Notes: a model not told the origin generated them from the sequence alone. A stretch of DNA of 64,000 nt from Octopus sinensis (GCF_006345805.1 NC_043000.1:24304001-24368000); one strand, 5' to 3'. Positions 25,503 to 38,474 are shown, counted from the stretch's first letter. A program made the numbers and translations.

Positions 25503-25580
25503 TGGCAGAACGTTTCGCTGGCTCCTGTATCTTCTTCTGGCGAGGGAAAGTGCTGGAGGAGCCGATCACATCATCAAGCC
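25503..25580 (-). CDS. MAGI: Probable MAGI linker exon between WW2 and the first PDZ (78 nt, phase 1 to 1)
   Basis: Acceptor ccctcctcatatctgtctgcag, donor A|GTGAGT; open frame (G)LDDVIGSSSTFPRQKKIQEPAKRSA(S); GC-richer than its flanks; phase-compatible on both sides. No domain homology supports it. Confidence 0.72.
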
Positions 25581-25899
25581 CTGCAGACAGATATGAGGAG
25601 GGCACTTTGGTTATGCATGTAGCTGCGTAGCCATTTTAAGTGGAAACAGAACTCACTAGACATGCAGTATTATTTCCAGTGTTTTTGGATGGGTTCATGC
25701 CCATGCTTCATATATATGTGTGTGGGTGTGGATGTGTTAAGGTGCAGTTAAAGAGGGGCAGTGTCAGTCATGCATGGAATATGATCAACCAGTCAGTGAA
25801 AATTACAGTCTAATTATTATTAGGAATCATAGTGAAAGTTAGTCTAAATACAGCTATTTTGGTAAATTTTGCACCTTAAAGAGTGAATTTATCTTTATA

Positions 25900-25937
25900 T
25901 CTTTCTATCTGCTTGTCTATCTTTCTATGTCTATCTG

Positions 25938-25968
<31 letters not shown>

Positions 25969-26014
25969 CTCTATATCTATCTCTATCTCTATCTATCTAT
26001 CTATCTATCTCTCT

Positions 26015-26054
<40 letters not shown>

Positions 26055-26070
26055 TTCTGTCTATCTATCT
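25900..26070. repeat. (CTAT)n/(CT)n/(AT)n compound microsatellite
   Basis: Direct reading. Confidence 0.9.
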
Positions 26071-27478
26071 ATTTGTTTGTTTTGCAATTGTTAGTCTTTT
26101 ATTCCACGTTTTTGAATGTGCTAAGAAGTCTGTGGATAGTTTGTTGAAGAGGGAAATGCTACCAAAATCATTGTATGCAGTTCATGGTTTCTGTTCAAAA
26201 TGTAGACACACACACACACACACGTGCAAATACACATGTGCAGACACACACACACACACTTCTGTGTGTGTTTGTGTCTCTTGGTTTTGACATCATGCAA
26301 TAGATATAAAGAAAAACAAGTGTCACCACCATACAGGAAGTATCCCTCACACCCTGGCTTCCATGAAAACATGTTTCATCAAGGGGTAATATTACCTTGT
26401 TTGGTAACAAGTGGGGCTTGGTGACAGGAAGGCATCTAGCCACAGAAAATCTGCATCAAAGAATCTTATCGAATCCATGTAAGCATGGAAAATGGGCATT
26501 AAACAACAATGATGATGATGATGCTATATATATCTGTGTTTATAATTTCATGTGTTTTTGTCAAAAGATAATGTACAAGAAAGAACTCACATTATCACAA
26601 AAAAAAAAAAAGAACTCTTGAAAACATTTACCAAACTATTAAGAATTGGTAATTATTTTGATACACTATCTCCACAATACCAGCTTTTGTTTGGTACAGA
26701 AATTAATAACTAAGAAGATGGTAGCTATTTGATTCAAACTATACTTACATAAAAATAGCATTGGTTCTCTTAGTTTCTGGTAACATTGAATACAAAGCTA
26801 ATTTGATACTGTAACATTTTCTTGTGTTGATAATGTATAATACTGCTTCATACTCTATTCCATTTGGTTAAAATAGAGGAGGCAGGACAAATCTATAATG
26901 TCGAGTTGGCTGCAGAATATTTTTTGTGTTGAAAATATATAATAATACTTCTTCACATATCCATTCTGTTTGGTTGAAATAGAGGAGATGGGACAAAATA
27001 GATGAGCCAACATCCACTTTGCTTTACAACTCTTTAAATGTTAGAATAAAAACTCAATGTCTATAAGAACTAGTTAAACTTTTTAATCATATTTTATGTC
27101 TGTTTTGCTGTTAGAATATAAACAACTGGATACAAACGAAGTCTCCGGACTTCAGAGTGTAACTAAAACTGTTTCTTTTTCCTTCGCACTCTCCCAATTT
27201 CTTTCCTTTATTTATAACTGGAGCTGACATCTAAGATTAAGTTTATTATTAAGGCTCTACAGATATCTCAAATACAAAAAGCTAACATTTCATTTACTTT
27301 AAACAGGATTAGTAACTTAAAAACAAATTCAAACAGTGGGGGGAAAATAATAACAATATTAGAAGAATTTGTTGAAATATTTGTAGATAAGTCAGTTATA
27401 TACATAACACATACACACACACATATATATATATAATCATCATTTAACGTCCGCTTTCCATGTTAAATGATGATGATG

Positions 27479-27511
<33 letters not shown>

Positions 27512-27989
27512 AACACATTCTTTTGTTATTTCTTCAAGCCTTAACCAGTGGAAAACGATTTCACTAAGTATACCAAATGTTTCCATTTGTTTTGTATAAT
27601 TTCTCGTATTTGTGTGTGAATGTGTGAGTGTGTATATATATATCAATTTTTCCTTATGGCACAAGAAGGATGCCTTGTATACATATTTAGACATTTGCAA
27701 ATTGCTGGAGTAGTTTTTTATTTTTTCATTATTTGTATACTCTTCATAAAATTTTCCATTGTGAAATAAGTTTGATGTCCATTGTAAGATGGATAGACTT
27801 GAATCAAACAAAAATATTTTACCATATTAAGGAACTCAATGCTTGTATCAAGGATTGAACCTAATAACATGTTGTCGTGAGTCCAGATACATAGCATTAC
27901 AAAGCAGACAGAATGCTTTTGATATGAATGAAATATTAAATTCTTAGCAGACTTAGACGGCTATTTTCTACCACACCCTGTAGGTGGCA

Positions 27990-28290
27990 CTTTATTGGTT
28001 ATGGTGAAGAGTGTTCCACTTGATCCGGCCAACAGAACAACCTGCTTGTAAAATTGACATGCAAGTGGCTGAGTACTCCACAGACATGCATATCCTTAAC
28101 ATAGTTCTCAGGATGATTCAGAAGGATACAGAATGTGACAAAGCTGACCCTTTTGAATTACAGGTACAACTCATTTTTGCCACCTGAGTGGACTGGGGCA
28201 ACGTGAAATAGAGGTTCTTGCTCAAGGATACAATGTACCACTGGGATTTGAACTCCTGGCCTTATGATTCTAAGCTGAATAATCTAACTA
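27990..28290 (-). mobile_element. Diverged tRNA-derived SINE, same family as 37220-37548
   Basis: Reverse complement shares ccttgagcaag, gctggcaaaaatgag and gagtactc/gctcagccacttgca blocks with 37220-37548. Confidence 0.65.
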
Positions 28291-29299
28291 ATAAATCATG
28301 TGTCACACCCTATATGAATGAAATCTTAACATGACTTACCTTGAAATGTTAGAACTCATGTCTCCCCCATAAAGTAAGCGCTAATTTAATTTAAGTAACT
28401 TCATTAACAAATTTCTGTTTTATCAACGCAACCCACCAATAATTTTCTTACAATCTGGTTTTACTCCAATTATTTTCATTTATCAAATATGGGTGCAATG
28501 CAAACAGATTAGATCAAATGTTGCTGAGAAACATGCCTGTGTTATCTTCAACGCATTTGTGTGTATGTGTGTGCAACAACGGAGGAATGACTGGTATGGT
28601 GTAAATAGAAGATAATGTAATAATCCTATCTACTACAGGCACAAGGCCTGAGAAGATAACGTGATAATAATGTTAGATCCTTATTGGAGATAAGATGTTA
28701 AGCTAACAAGGAAAGGGTGATAAGGAATATTCAATTAAACATTTATTAGTAAAATGCACCAATAATTAATTTTTATTAATTAACATGTGCAACAACTATG
28801 AGGAATATTTCTATAAGTAAAAAAAAAAAAGAGTAGTATAAGGATGCATAAAAAAAACAATCCAGTAGGGTTTTAATGCAAGGAGGGAAGGATTCTTAGG
28901 GAACAAGACTTTTTTTTAAGGAAGAAGGGTTAGGGATTAGATAAAAACATGCAACTGTTGTGAATGAGATGAAAAGTTTACATGAAGATTTGAATGAAGA
29001 TCTGTGAAGGTGACAACGATAATAATAATAATAATAATGATAATAATAACAACAATAACAATAATAATAAAGCAAAGCCAAAATAATTCAACACTCTCAC
29101 ACTGAAATAACTCAATCATAAGTAATGATAATTAATAATAATAATAAAAGGGTTCTTGAAGCATGGTCAGTAAACAAGTGTCATCTTATTCTACTGGCTG
29201 TGGAGAGCTGACACTTTCCATCGTACCCAACAAAATAAAGTTAAGATTTTTCATGATACAATAATAATGATGATGATAATAATAATAATAATAATAATG

Positions 29300-29331
<32 letters not shown>

Positions 29332-29679
29332 TGTGGTAGCAATAATAGTGTTAATATCTAATTTCTTTCTTTGCCACATAGGATTAGGAAAAAAAACCCA
29401 ATTAATTTAAAAAAAAAAACTCAAAGAAACGAAAATATAAAACTAACACACAAAGTGAAGGTGGTTATAAGGATTGCATACAAATATCCTATAAATCAAT
29501 GTACATTAATAAATAAATTATGATATGATGCTGCTGCCACTGCTGCTATTGAATAGTAATAATAATCGACCGAAGAAAGATTCTTGAGAATTGGGGAGAC
29601 TTGTCATCAAGTCTTATGACAACATCTCTGCTAACTAATGTTCCATGCAGCAGTAGTAGTAGTAGTGGTAGCAGTAGTA

Positions 29680-29711
<32 letters not shown>

Positions 29712-29712
<1 letters not shown>

Positions 29713-29927
29713 TAATCTTTTTTACAATAGGCACAAGGCCTGAAATTTTGGGGTCAGGAATCGTCGATTACATTGACCCCAGAATTTCACTGGTATTTAA
29801 TTTATCGACCCCAAAAGGACGAAAGGCAAAGTCAACCTTGGCGGAATTTGAACTCAGAGCATAACAACAGATGAAATACCACTAAGCATTTTGCCTAGTG
29901 CGCTTACAATTCTGCCAGCTCACTACC

Positions 29928-29967
<40 letters not shown>

Positions 29968-30166
29968 TAGTTTTGGCACAAGACCAGCAATTTTGGGGGA
30001 GGGGGATAGTTGATTACATCGATCCTAGTGTTCAACTGGTACTTTGTTTACCGACCCCAAAAGGACGAAAGGCAAAGCTGACCGCAGTGTTATTTGAACC
30101 CAGAACATAAAGACCAATGAAATGCCACTAAGCATTTTGTCCAGTGTGCTAACAGTTCTGCCAGCT
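29712..30166 (-). mobile_element. Two SINE family A variants (alternative tail) embedded in (AAT)n tracts
   Basis: Family A head and core with a ...ccccaaaatttcaggccttgtgcc tail; flanked by AAT microsatellites. Confidence 0.75.
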
Positions 30167-30199
30167 TCCTGTTTTGATGATGATGATGATGATAATAAT

Positions 30200-30237
<38 letters not shown>

Positions 30238-30897
30238 AATAATATTTCATTAAATAATAAAAATAGTTTAAGTGCTCTGACTAAAGAGTGAAATAATCAA
30301 TGTTAGTCAAAAAGTTACAATAACACAGTGATTGCTACACTGAAAATCTTAATCAAGAGTTCCCAGCCAGTGGTTTATGGGTTAAACTGTCGCTATTCTC
30401 TTATTTTAAAATAATGTATAAATGTAATTAATAGCATTGATTAATTATTTTTCATTTTTGTAGATTACATTAATATCATATTTATAAAATATTATCCACA
30501 ATATTCAAATGGTTGGAGACTCTGGATTTAAATAATTATTAATAGAAAACAAAATGTGCAAATGAAATGAAATTAAATCAAGAATGAAAGAGATTAACTT
30601 AGAATTCTATAATTAAGTAAATATTAATTAAAATAAATTCATTTGAAGTCTTAAATTGAATGTGAAAGAAATGGCATATGACAATTGATAAGAAAAATAA
30701 TACCAAACACACATACACACACACAAAATCCATAACACAAATCAGGAACATAAAAAAAAAATTAAAACAAACAGATTAAATTGAAAATCAAACTTTTAAC
30801 AATATCTATCCTGCTTAAAGAAATCTTCTCTAATTTGTTACATTTATATATTTGTTTTGCAAGATTTTTGATGTGAAATCATGTGTTGAAACAGATA

Positions 30898-31191
30898 TTG
30901 TATTTAAGAATGGTCATTTTGCCAGTTTAGCCAATAAAAACACACGCACTATATATTTGGTGTTAATTTGCTTCAGCGTTATTTATTTTTTACATTAATC
31001 TTAATCTTATTTCGGCCAGAGTTCTTTCGTCACACTCATGTGACCTCATCAGTGGTCCTTTGCTTTCTTCTTTCTTATTTGTGTGTCTCTCCTTACTAAC
31101 AGTCAGCCATTTTGTATTTTGTATAACACCAAATACATAGTGCGCATGTTTTTATTGGCTAAACTGGTAAAATGACCATTCCTAAATACAA
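30898..31191. mobile_element. Inverted-repeat element (68-bp arms), probably Penelope-like pLTR derived
   Basis: Arms 30898-30965 and 31124-31191 differ at 5 positions; the spacer contains a hammerhead motif. Confidence 0.7.
31014..31058 (-). ncRNA. Minimal type I hammerhead ribozyme motif
   Basis: GGACCA-CUGAUGA-GGUCAC(AUGAGU)GUGAC-GAAA-G(AA)C-UC-UGGCC: both conserved core strands, stem II, a 2-bp stem III, a CUC triplet and a stem I with one bulge. Activity is untested. Confidence 0.65.
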
Positions 31192-32148
31192 CAATATTCT
31201 CTAATTTGGTTTTCTATTTTCTTCCAAAATAATATTCAATTTCCGAAACCTCAAAATCAAGGTTTAAATAGAAATCTTAAAACAATAAAATAAATATGGA
31301 ACAAAAGGGGAAAAAAACAGATTTGAGATGTATCTGGCTTAACTGCGTATATCAGAGGTAAATTAGAAGATGGTCTAACAGTAATTAAGAACATGGTTAA
31401 GTAACACTAGGATGGTAGGTAGGCAGGGTAGTGAGGAGGTAAGTTATGGCAAAACTTCGTATATGACTAAGAGTCATTTCACTTCTATCTTTAAGACCTT
31501 TGAGATAGACTTCAGCATCCCACAACCCCCAGTGAGGAGGCTTCTAAGTGGTGACTTGATTTGTTAGAAATAGCAGACAGGTCTTCCTCTGATGACATGT
31601 GCTACTATCATAAATAAATGAAGGAAGGCTGAAAAGTTTACTTCCCAACCACATGGTTTTAGATTGAGGCCCACTGCATGGCCCCTTAGCAGGTGTTTTC
31701 TTTTTATTATAGCCCAGGGCAGACCAACAAACTTGTGAGTGGATTTGGTAGACAAAAACTGAAAAAAGCCCACCATGTGTGTGTGTGTGTGTGTGAGTTT
31801 GTGTTTCCTTGTCTTGATAAGATATGAGAGTATGAGTGTTGTAAACGAGTATCACTGTCTTACAAGCGGTATTGTTTGTTTTCAATATTCTGTGGAAACA
31901 TATCTAGCCATGGGGAAATATTACCTTGCTTGGAAGCAGGTGAGTGTAGGCAACAGGTGGAGCAAGCAGCCATAGAAAATAACCCTTAAAAAGCTCTGCT
32001 CAACCCATGCAAGCATGGAAAAATGAACAGTAAGATGATGCAGCTGCTGCTAGTCTTAGAAGTGGTATATGTTTGATCATAGGTCTTTTTGATCAAGGCT
32101 TACCAAGGGTTAAACAACAACATCAGCATCACACACACTCTTATTCCA

Positions 32149-32541
32149 TCTCTCTATATATAAAGCTGAAGTTGTCTGTGTATGGCAGGCTTGGTAGCCT
32201 TCAACTAACACTATCTCCTCCGTAGATCCTGCGATGCAAATTGATGAAAATTGGGAGTATGATAGAAGAAGGCTTGCTCTTCATTCCGTAGAAAATAAAA
32301 TTCAAATCGGACCATGTTAACACCAAAAATTATTTACATCAAAAAGGTGTTTTTTGCAATGAAAATCCTTATTTTTTTACGATTTTTTGACTACTGTATC
32401 GCCATTTTTCGGTGTATTTCAACCAGAAAAATGTTCACTTAAAGAGAATAACAAGCTACATAATGCAAAATTTTTACTTTTCAAAAATTCCAATTCTAAA
32501 GGGTCGAAACAAACCCAAGCAATGCCGGGCGATACTACTAG
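32149..32541 (+). mobile_element. Non-autonomous Helitron-like element
   Basis: A|TCTCTCTATATATAAAGC ... CCCAAGCAATGCCGGGCGATACTACTAG|T. Confidence 0.78.
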
Positions 32542-33090
32542 TTTCTTTTAAAACTGAAAACCTATGTCTATTTTAGTCCTCAAAGAGTTAATCCCTGTAT
32601 TAACCAATAATATCCAGTAGATATAGATGAATTAGTAGTCATAAGACTGTTGAGTAGAACACTTTGTAGCATTTGTTCTGAATCTTTGGGCCCTGAGTTC
32701 AAATCTCACCCAGGTCAAATTTACCTTAATTTTTGGGGGACAGATAAAAATAAAAGGGTACTAATTGAAGGCCGTGTATAGCTGTGATTGCTAGAGCATT
32801 GACCAAAATATTTTGTGGTATCTGATCTAGCATTGTGAACTCGACATCCAGATTCCACCCAATTACTGAAAGGTGATGGGTGTCATGTCTACAAGAAGTT
32901 GTAAGCGACACAGAGTCTTTCTAAAGATAGGATGTGATTTCAAGGATTTTTTGGTTGCTACTTCTAGCAAACTGAGCAGACTACAAAGAGGCTCTCTTGT
33001 AAGCACAAGTCACCAGAATAATCAGTTTGCTGATTTGGTTCACCTATAACTTACCAACTCCACTAAAACGCCTCCTGAAGTATCAATACC

Positions 33091-33128
<38 letters not shown>

Positions 33129-33177
33129 TAACAACAAGAACAACACACAAGAAATAAAGTCAGATCTAACAGCTTAC

Positions 33178-33242
33178 CTGGAATTTGCGACTTTTTAGCT
33201 TGGGCTACAGGATTTTCATATTGTGTCCGTTTATTCACATGA
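33178..33242 (-). CDS. MAGI: MAGI exon, second half of WW2 (65 nt, phase 2 to 1)
   Basis: Acceptor ttattcatttgcag, donor CAG|GTAAGC; translates (D)HVNKRTQYENPVAQAKKSQIP and completes the WW motif. Confidence 0.93.
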
Positions 33243-33552
33243 CTGCAAATGAATAAATCATTAAATGATTAAATAGACAAACACTGGCATGGCTGTGTGG
33301 TTAAGGAGCTTGCTTGCAACCATATGGTTTTGGGTTCAGTCCCACTGTATGACAATTTGGCCACAACAACTCTGAGCAAACCAAAGCTTTGAGAGTGGAT
33401 TTGATAAACAAACTGAAAGGGGAGAGAGAGGGAGGGAGAGAAAGAGAGTGAGATTGTGTGTGTGTGTGTGTGTACAATATTGTCTTGATCTTATGTGATA
33501 GTTGCATATAGACAGTGACTTCAGTCACTGTCAACCTTTTCCTTTTAAAAAT

Positions 33553-33603
<51 letters not shown>

Positions 33604-33946
33604 GTATGTATGTATGTATGTATATTTGAGCATGGTCAATGACAGTGCCACCAGACTGGTTCCTGTGCTGGTGACACATAAAAAGCACCATCCGAACATG
33701 ATCGATGCCAGTCCTGCCTTACTGGCCCTCATGCCAATGGCACATAAAAAACATCCACCTCATTCTCGGAGTGGTTGGCATTAGGAAGGGCATCCAGCTG
33801 TAGAAACCTCACCAGATCAGATTGGAGCATGGCGCAGCCTCCAGGCTTGTCAGTCCTCAGTCAAACCGTCCAACCCATACCAGCATGGAAAACGAACGTT
33901 AAACGATGATGAAGATGATGATATACACAAACACACACTTAGTGGG

Positions 33947-34088
33947 TTAACAAAGCTACCAATGGTTTCATGTAAAAAGGAATCTCTTGACAGTTATCAA
34001 AATGGAGACAAGTACAAACATTTCCATGTGACAGGCTTGATAATTGTTAAGATTCCTCTTTACATGAAATCATTGGTAACCTTGTTAA
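33947..34088. repeat. Imperfect 142-bp foldback (MITE-like)
   Basis: Arms ttaacaaagctaccaatggtttcatgtaaaaaggaatc... and ...gattcctctttacatgaaatcattggtaaccttgttaa. Confidence 0.75.
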
Positions 34089-35034
34089 TGCACAAATAAA
34101 TGATGATTTAATCCACCAATGTGGTGGTAAGTTCAATATTAGTGTACACACACACACATTGATACATACGTTAGCACACACATATATATGATTTCAGTTA
34201 AAAGATATATGCAAAATCATTCAAAGGAAAACAAATTTAAATGGAAATTGCTAACAATGTTGAAAGAAATACCTTAATATTGTTTTGGATGCTAATTGCT
34301 TTAGTAAACCCATTTTGTTGCTGTTGTTGATCTGGCAGTGAAGTGTGTTTGTAAACTTCACTTGACTCTCATGGATTCAGTATTAATAATATGTTCTCTT
34401 TCAAAAGTTTTTTTTAAAAAACACATAAGCACTGACCTAAAAGTCATTTGAAAATTAAATCATAGTAATAACCTGGTTAAGAAACAAAATTTTTTGTTTT
34501 TAGTTTTGGTGGTGAGGGGTCACTCAGAAAAAAAAACCGAAAAAAAAAAGTTATGCTGAACAATGTGAATGTCAAAAATATGTCCATGCAAACCTTAATG
34601 TTATAGCAAAGGTCAAATTTCCATTGTAGGCATATGTATTCATATGGTTATAAGTGGAAGAGGTCAAGCATCTGCTCTGTTCATGTGTGTGAGTCTGTGT
34701 GTGTGTATGTATGTGGGTGTACACATCATCATCATCATTTAACATCCATTTTCCATGCTGGTATGGGTTGGATGGTTTAACCTGATGATCTGGAGGACTG
34801 CACTGAACTCCAGTTTGTCTTGGCATGATTTCTACAGCTGAATGCTTTTTGTAATGCCATTCACTTCACAGAGTGCACTGGGTGCATTCTTTCCAGACAC
34901 TGGCATTAGAGAAGTCAAGTAATTCCCAAGACAAGGAAAAAAAACCCTTGACTGAGTGGGGTTGTATTAGAAAGGGAGGTGGCTTTCTGTCAGATGTTGA
35001 GAAGCTGCCCTTCAATCGGGTGTATGATAGAGGT

Positions 35035-35310
35035 ATCATCATCATCGTTTAACGTCCGTTTTCCATGCTGGCATGGGTTGGATGGTTTGACCGGGGTCTG
35101 GAAAGCCAGGAGGTTGCACCAGGCTCCAGTCTAATCTGGCAGTGTTTCTACAGCTGGATGCCCTTCCTAACGCCAACCACTCGGAGAGTGTAGTGGGTGC
35201 TTTTTATGTGCCACCAGCACAGGGGCCAGAGGAGGCTGGCAGCAACCATGATTGGTTGGTGCTTTTTACGTGCGACCAGCACAGAAGCCAGTCAGGGCGG
35301 CACTGGCTAT
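35035..35310 (-). mobile_element. Retroposon family C
   Basis: (ATC)n followed by the reverse complement of the family C body. Confidence 0.8.
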
Positions 35311-36351
35311 CCCACATTATATAAGGGTGGGAGTAGTTGGAAAGAAGACCATGATGGTAATGAAAATGATGTGTGTGTGTGTGTGAATATATATGTGTGT
35401 CTGTGCCTGTGTCCGTGTGTGTACATACTCATTAATATTTTCAATCCTTTCGTTTAGATTTATTCATGTTAACACCCATTTTCCCTGCTGACACGGGGTT
35501 GACAAGGATACGATGACTGCATTGTGCTCCATTGTCTATTTTGACATGGTTTCTATGGCTGGATGCCTTTCCTCACACCAACCATTTTACATCATGGACT
35601 GGGTGTTTCTTTCATGTCAGCTGTATTATTGAGGTCTCCATGCACCTTGCAGAACTACAAACCCTAGGGCAAGGGTGCATCAGTTTCATACCAGTGCACA
35701 TTGGGAATGAACTACGTGAAAAGGGGACGGGGCAGTGCAGGTTCTTTAGAGGAGCTACATGAGCACTTACACCTTGTAGGGGAAGGGGAGTCACTTCACT
35801 GATACTGGTGCCAAGTAAAAACCATCCAGTCCACTCTATAAAGTGGTTGGCATTAAGAAGGGCATCCAGCCTTAAGAGCCATGCTGAAGCATGCAGTGGA
35901 GCTTGGCACAGTCCTCTGGCTCTCCAGACCTCTGTCAAACTGTCTAACTCATGCCAGCATGGAAGGCAGACGATGATGACGATATATACAAATATGTCAT
36001 ACTGTACATCTCTATCATGCTTTTACTTCATATCTAGTTCTTTTTCCAAGTTTGTAGTTATTTGTTCCAACAAACACACACACATTCTTGCTCTCACACA
36101 TGAACCCCCACCCCACATACATACTTTCATATCTATAATCACAATGCTTATGTAATGTTGCATACGCAAACATTTACATGTGCTTATATGTTCAGATATC
36201 ACTCTGTCATTATAATTCGTGTAGTTCAATAGCGCGCATGTGCGTGTGTGTGCGTGTAAGTTTATCTTTCAATGCTCTTCATCTTAAAGGTTGAATTCTA
36301 GACATGAAGCAATAGAGGTATATCAAGTGGTTGATGACATGCATGTGTTTA

Positions 36352-36396
<45 letters not shown>

Positions 36397-36456
36397 GTCA
36401 ATATGGAAGGCAGACGTGAAATGATTATGTATATATATATATATATTATATATATA

Positions 36457-36503
<47 letters not shown>

Positions 36504-37219
36504 ATACATGCCAATTTGGAAGGCAGACATTAAATGATGATTAGTTATATATATATATATATATATATATATTTACACACACACACACACATCTATACAT
36601 AATATACATAGAGGGGCAAGCATATAGACACACAATTCCACGTTTGTATATACATTCATTCTGACAGGTTGGTTAGCAGTTGAAAGTTGTGGCAATTTCC
36701 ATGAGTAAACGCATGCAAGTTTTGCTTTTATTCTTTAGTACAGAGCAGAAGCACATCAAGCACATATATTGATGTTCTTCTCCTGCTTCTGGAATCAGAT
36801 TTAGGTGGCATGGATGTGCATAAGAATATACAGAGTTAGTTACATTTAGTGAAGGTGTGAATAAAGGTGGATGGAGTTGAAGCAAGGTGTCACAATTGAT
36901 AAAGTAGTCACCAGTAAAGGGAACGATTTGTAACCACATTGGCAGTGACAAAAAGTGGGATGTAGAAAGGCTGTTGATGACAATAAAAGTGAGTTCTGAG
37001 AATATAAGGTAATATAAATAATCTACAGAAGGTATGTAGACTTAGTGTATGACTGATGGTAATAAAAGACTATTACAAAATTATTTGGTAAGCAAAGTGA
37101 ATGTTTGAAAAATGTACTTTCTCTAATGAGACTACTTCTTGTTTTGGGTTCAATTATTTAATTGGCTGCATTAGTATATTGTAATTATTGCATTGGTGTA
37201 TTGTACTTCTCAAATTGTG

Positions 37220-37548
37220 AAGATGCGTAGGTTAGTGGTTAGGGCATTTGGTTCATGATCGTAAGGTCATGAGTTCAATTTCTAGCGATGCGTTGAGTCC
37301 TTGAGCAAGACACTTCATTTCACATTGCTCCAGTCTACTTAGCTGGCAAAAATGAGTAGTACCTGTATTTCAAAGGGCCCAGCCTTGTCACACTCTGTGT
37401 CACACTGAATTTACCCTGAGAACTATGTTAAGGGTGCACGTGTCTGTGGAATGCTCAGCCACTTGCACGTTAATTTCACGAGCACGCTGTTCCGTTGATC
37501 GTATCAGCTGGGACCCTCGTCATTGTAACCGACGGAGTGCTCCTTTCC
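37220..37548 (+). mobile_element. Full-length tRNA-derived SINE
   Basis: Head ...ttagtggttagggcatttggttcatgatcgtaaggtcatgagttcaatt, then ccttgagcaagacactt and a distinct body; reverse copy at 27990-28290. Confidence 0.75.
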
Positions 37549-38099
37549 TTTTAACTTCTCAAATTAATACAAAAAGCATCTGAATCCATGGTACAAGGAT
37601 ACAATTTCAATAAATGACCAATTAATTTTGAAATTATAGATTTCTGTCTTTACGTCCCAAATATAAAGTGTGCAGTAGTATTTTCCCTATATTTGTACCT
37701 GAAGTAATAACTCTGTTGGTTAAATCATGTTCTAATATTTTCTTTTTGGTTTCATCTTATGTAGCTTTTCCAACTGGAAGTATTTAAATCTGTTTTAAAG
37801 TTTTAAACATTGAAGGCCTTAAAATATGTAGTTTAGCTATTTATATCTAATTTTAGAGTTTTAGGTATATGTATATGCACACATCAAAATGGTGTGTTGA
37901 AAGGTGTGGTGCACATTACCAAAAGGTATGGGCATGGAAGGTCAACTTCACACACAACTGCAATGAATGGGGCTGTCAGCATTTGTTCAGGCAACTCTGT
38001 TTAATGCTGATTTAATTCATGTTTTGCTGGTTTAATGAAACATATGTACATTATATAAAGCATTAATACCAATTATATTTTCTGTGTTCCTTTTATATA

Positions 38100-38350
38100 T
38101 CATCATCATCGTTTAACATCCGTTTTCCATGCTGGCATGGATTGGACGGTTCGACCGGGGTCTGGGAAGCCAGGAGGCTGCACCAGGCTCCAGTCTGATC
38201 TGGCAGTGTTTCTACAGCTGGATGCCCTTCCTAACGCCAACCACTCCGTGAGTGTAGTGGGTGCTTTTTATGTGCCACCAGCACAGGGGCCAGAGGAGGC
38301 TGGCAAATGGCCATGATCAGTTGGTGATTTTTACGTGATACTGGCATAGG
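38100..38350 (-). mobile_element. Retroposon family C, near consensus
   Basis: catcatcatcgtttaacatccgttttccatgctggc...ggatgcccttcctaacgccaacc. Confidence 0.85.
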
Positions 38351-38442
38351 TATCACAACTACAATTTCCATTTGATTTTTTTATGCTGATGTACTTGACT
38401 CAATAGGTCTCCTCAAGTACAGTGTGTGAGTGTGTGTGTGTG

Positions 38443-38474
<32 letters not shown>

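Noticed and set aside
28340-28380. Possible 41-nt exon with a GTAAGT donor (RLLYGGDMSSNIS)
   Set aside because: The acceptor is weak and its only open reading (phase 0 to 2) fits neither neighbouring exon.
28937-29004. Possible alternative terminal exon (DLHSNLHVNFSSHSQQLHVFI*) in phase with the WW2 exon
   Set aside because: About 21 open codons after an AG are expected by chance, and there is no homology or other support.
33055-33074. 20-nt AG...GTAAGT micro-exon candidate (GGVLVEL) 103 nt downstream of the WW2 exon
   Set aside because: It is phase 1 to 0, so inclusion shifts the frame and hits a stop in the next exon. I found no compensating exon. It could only be a poison exon, which needs RNA evidence.
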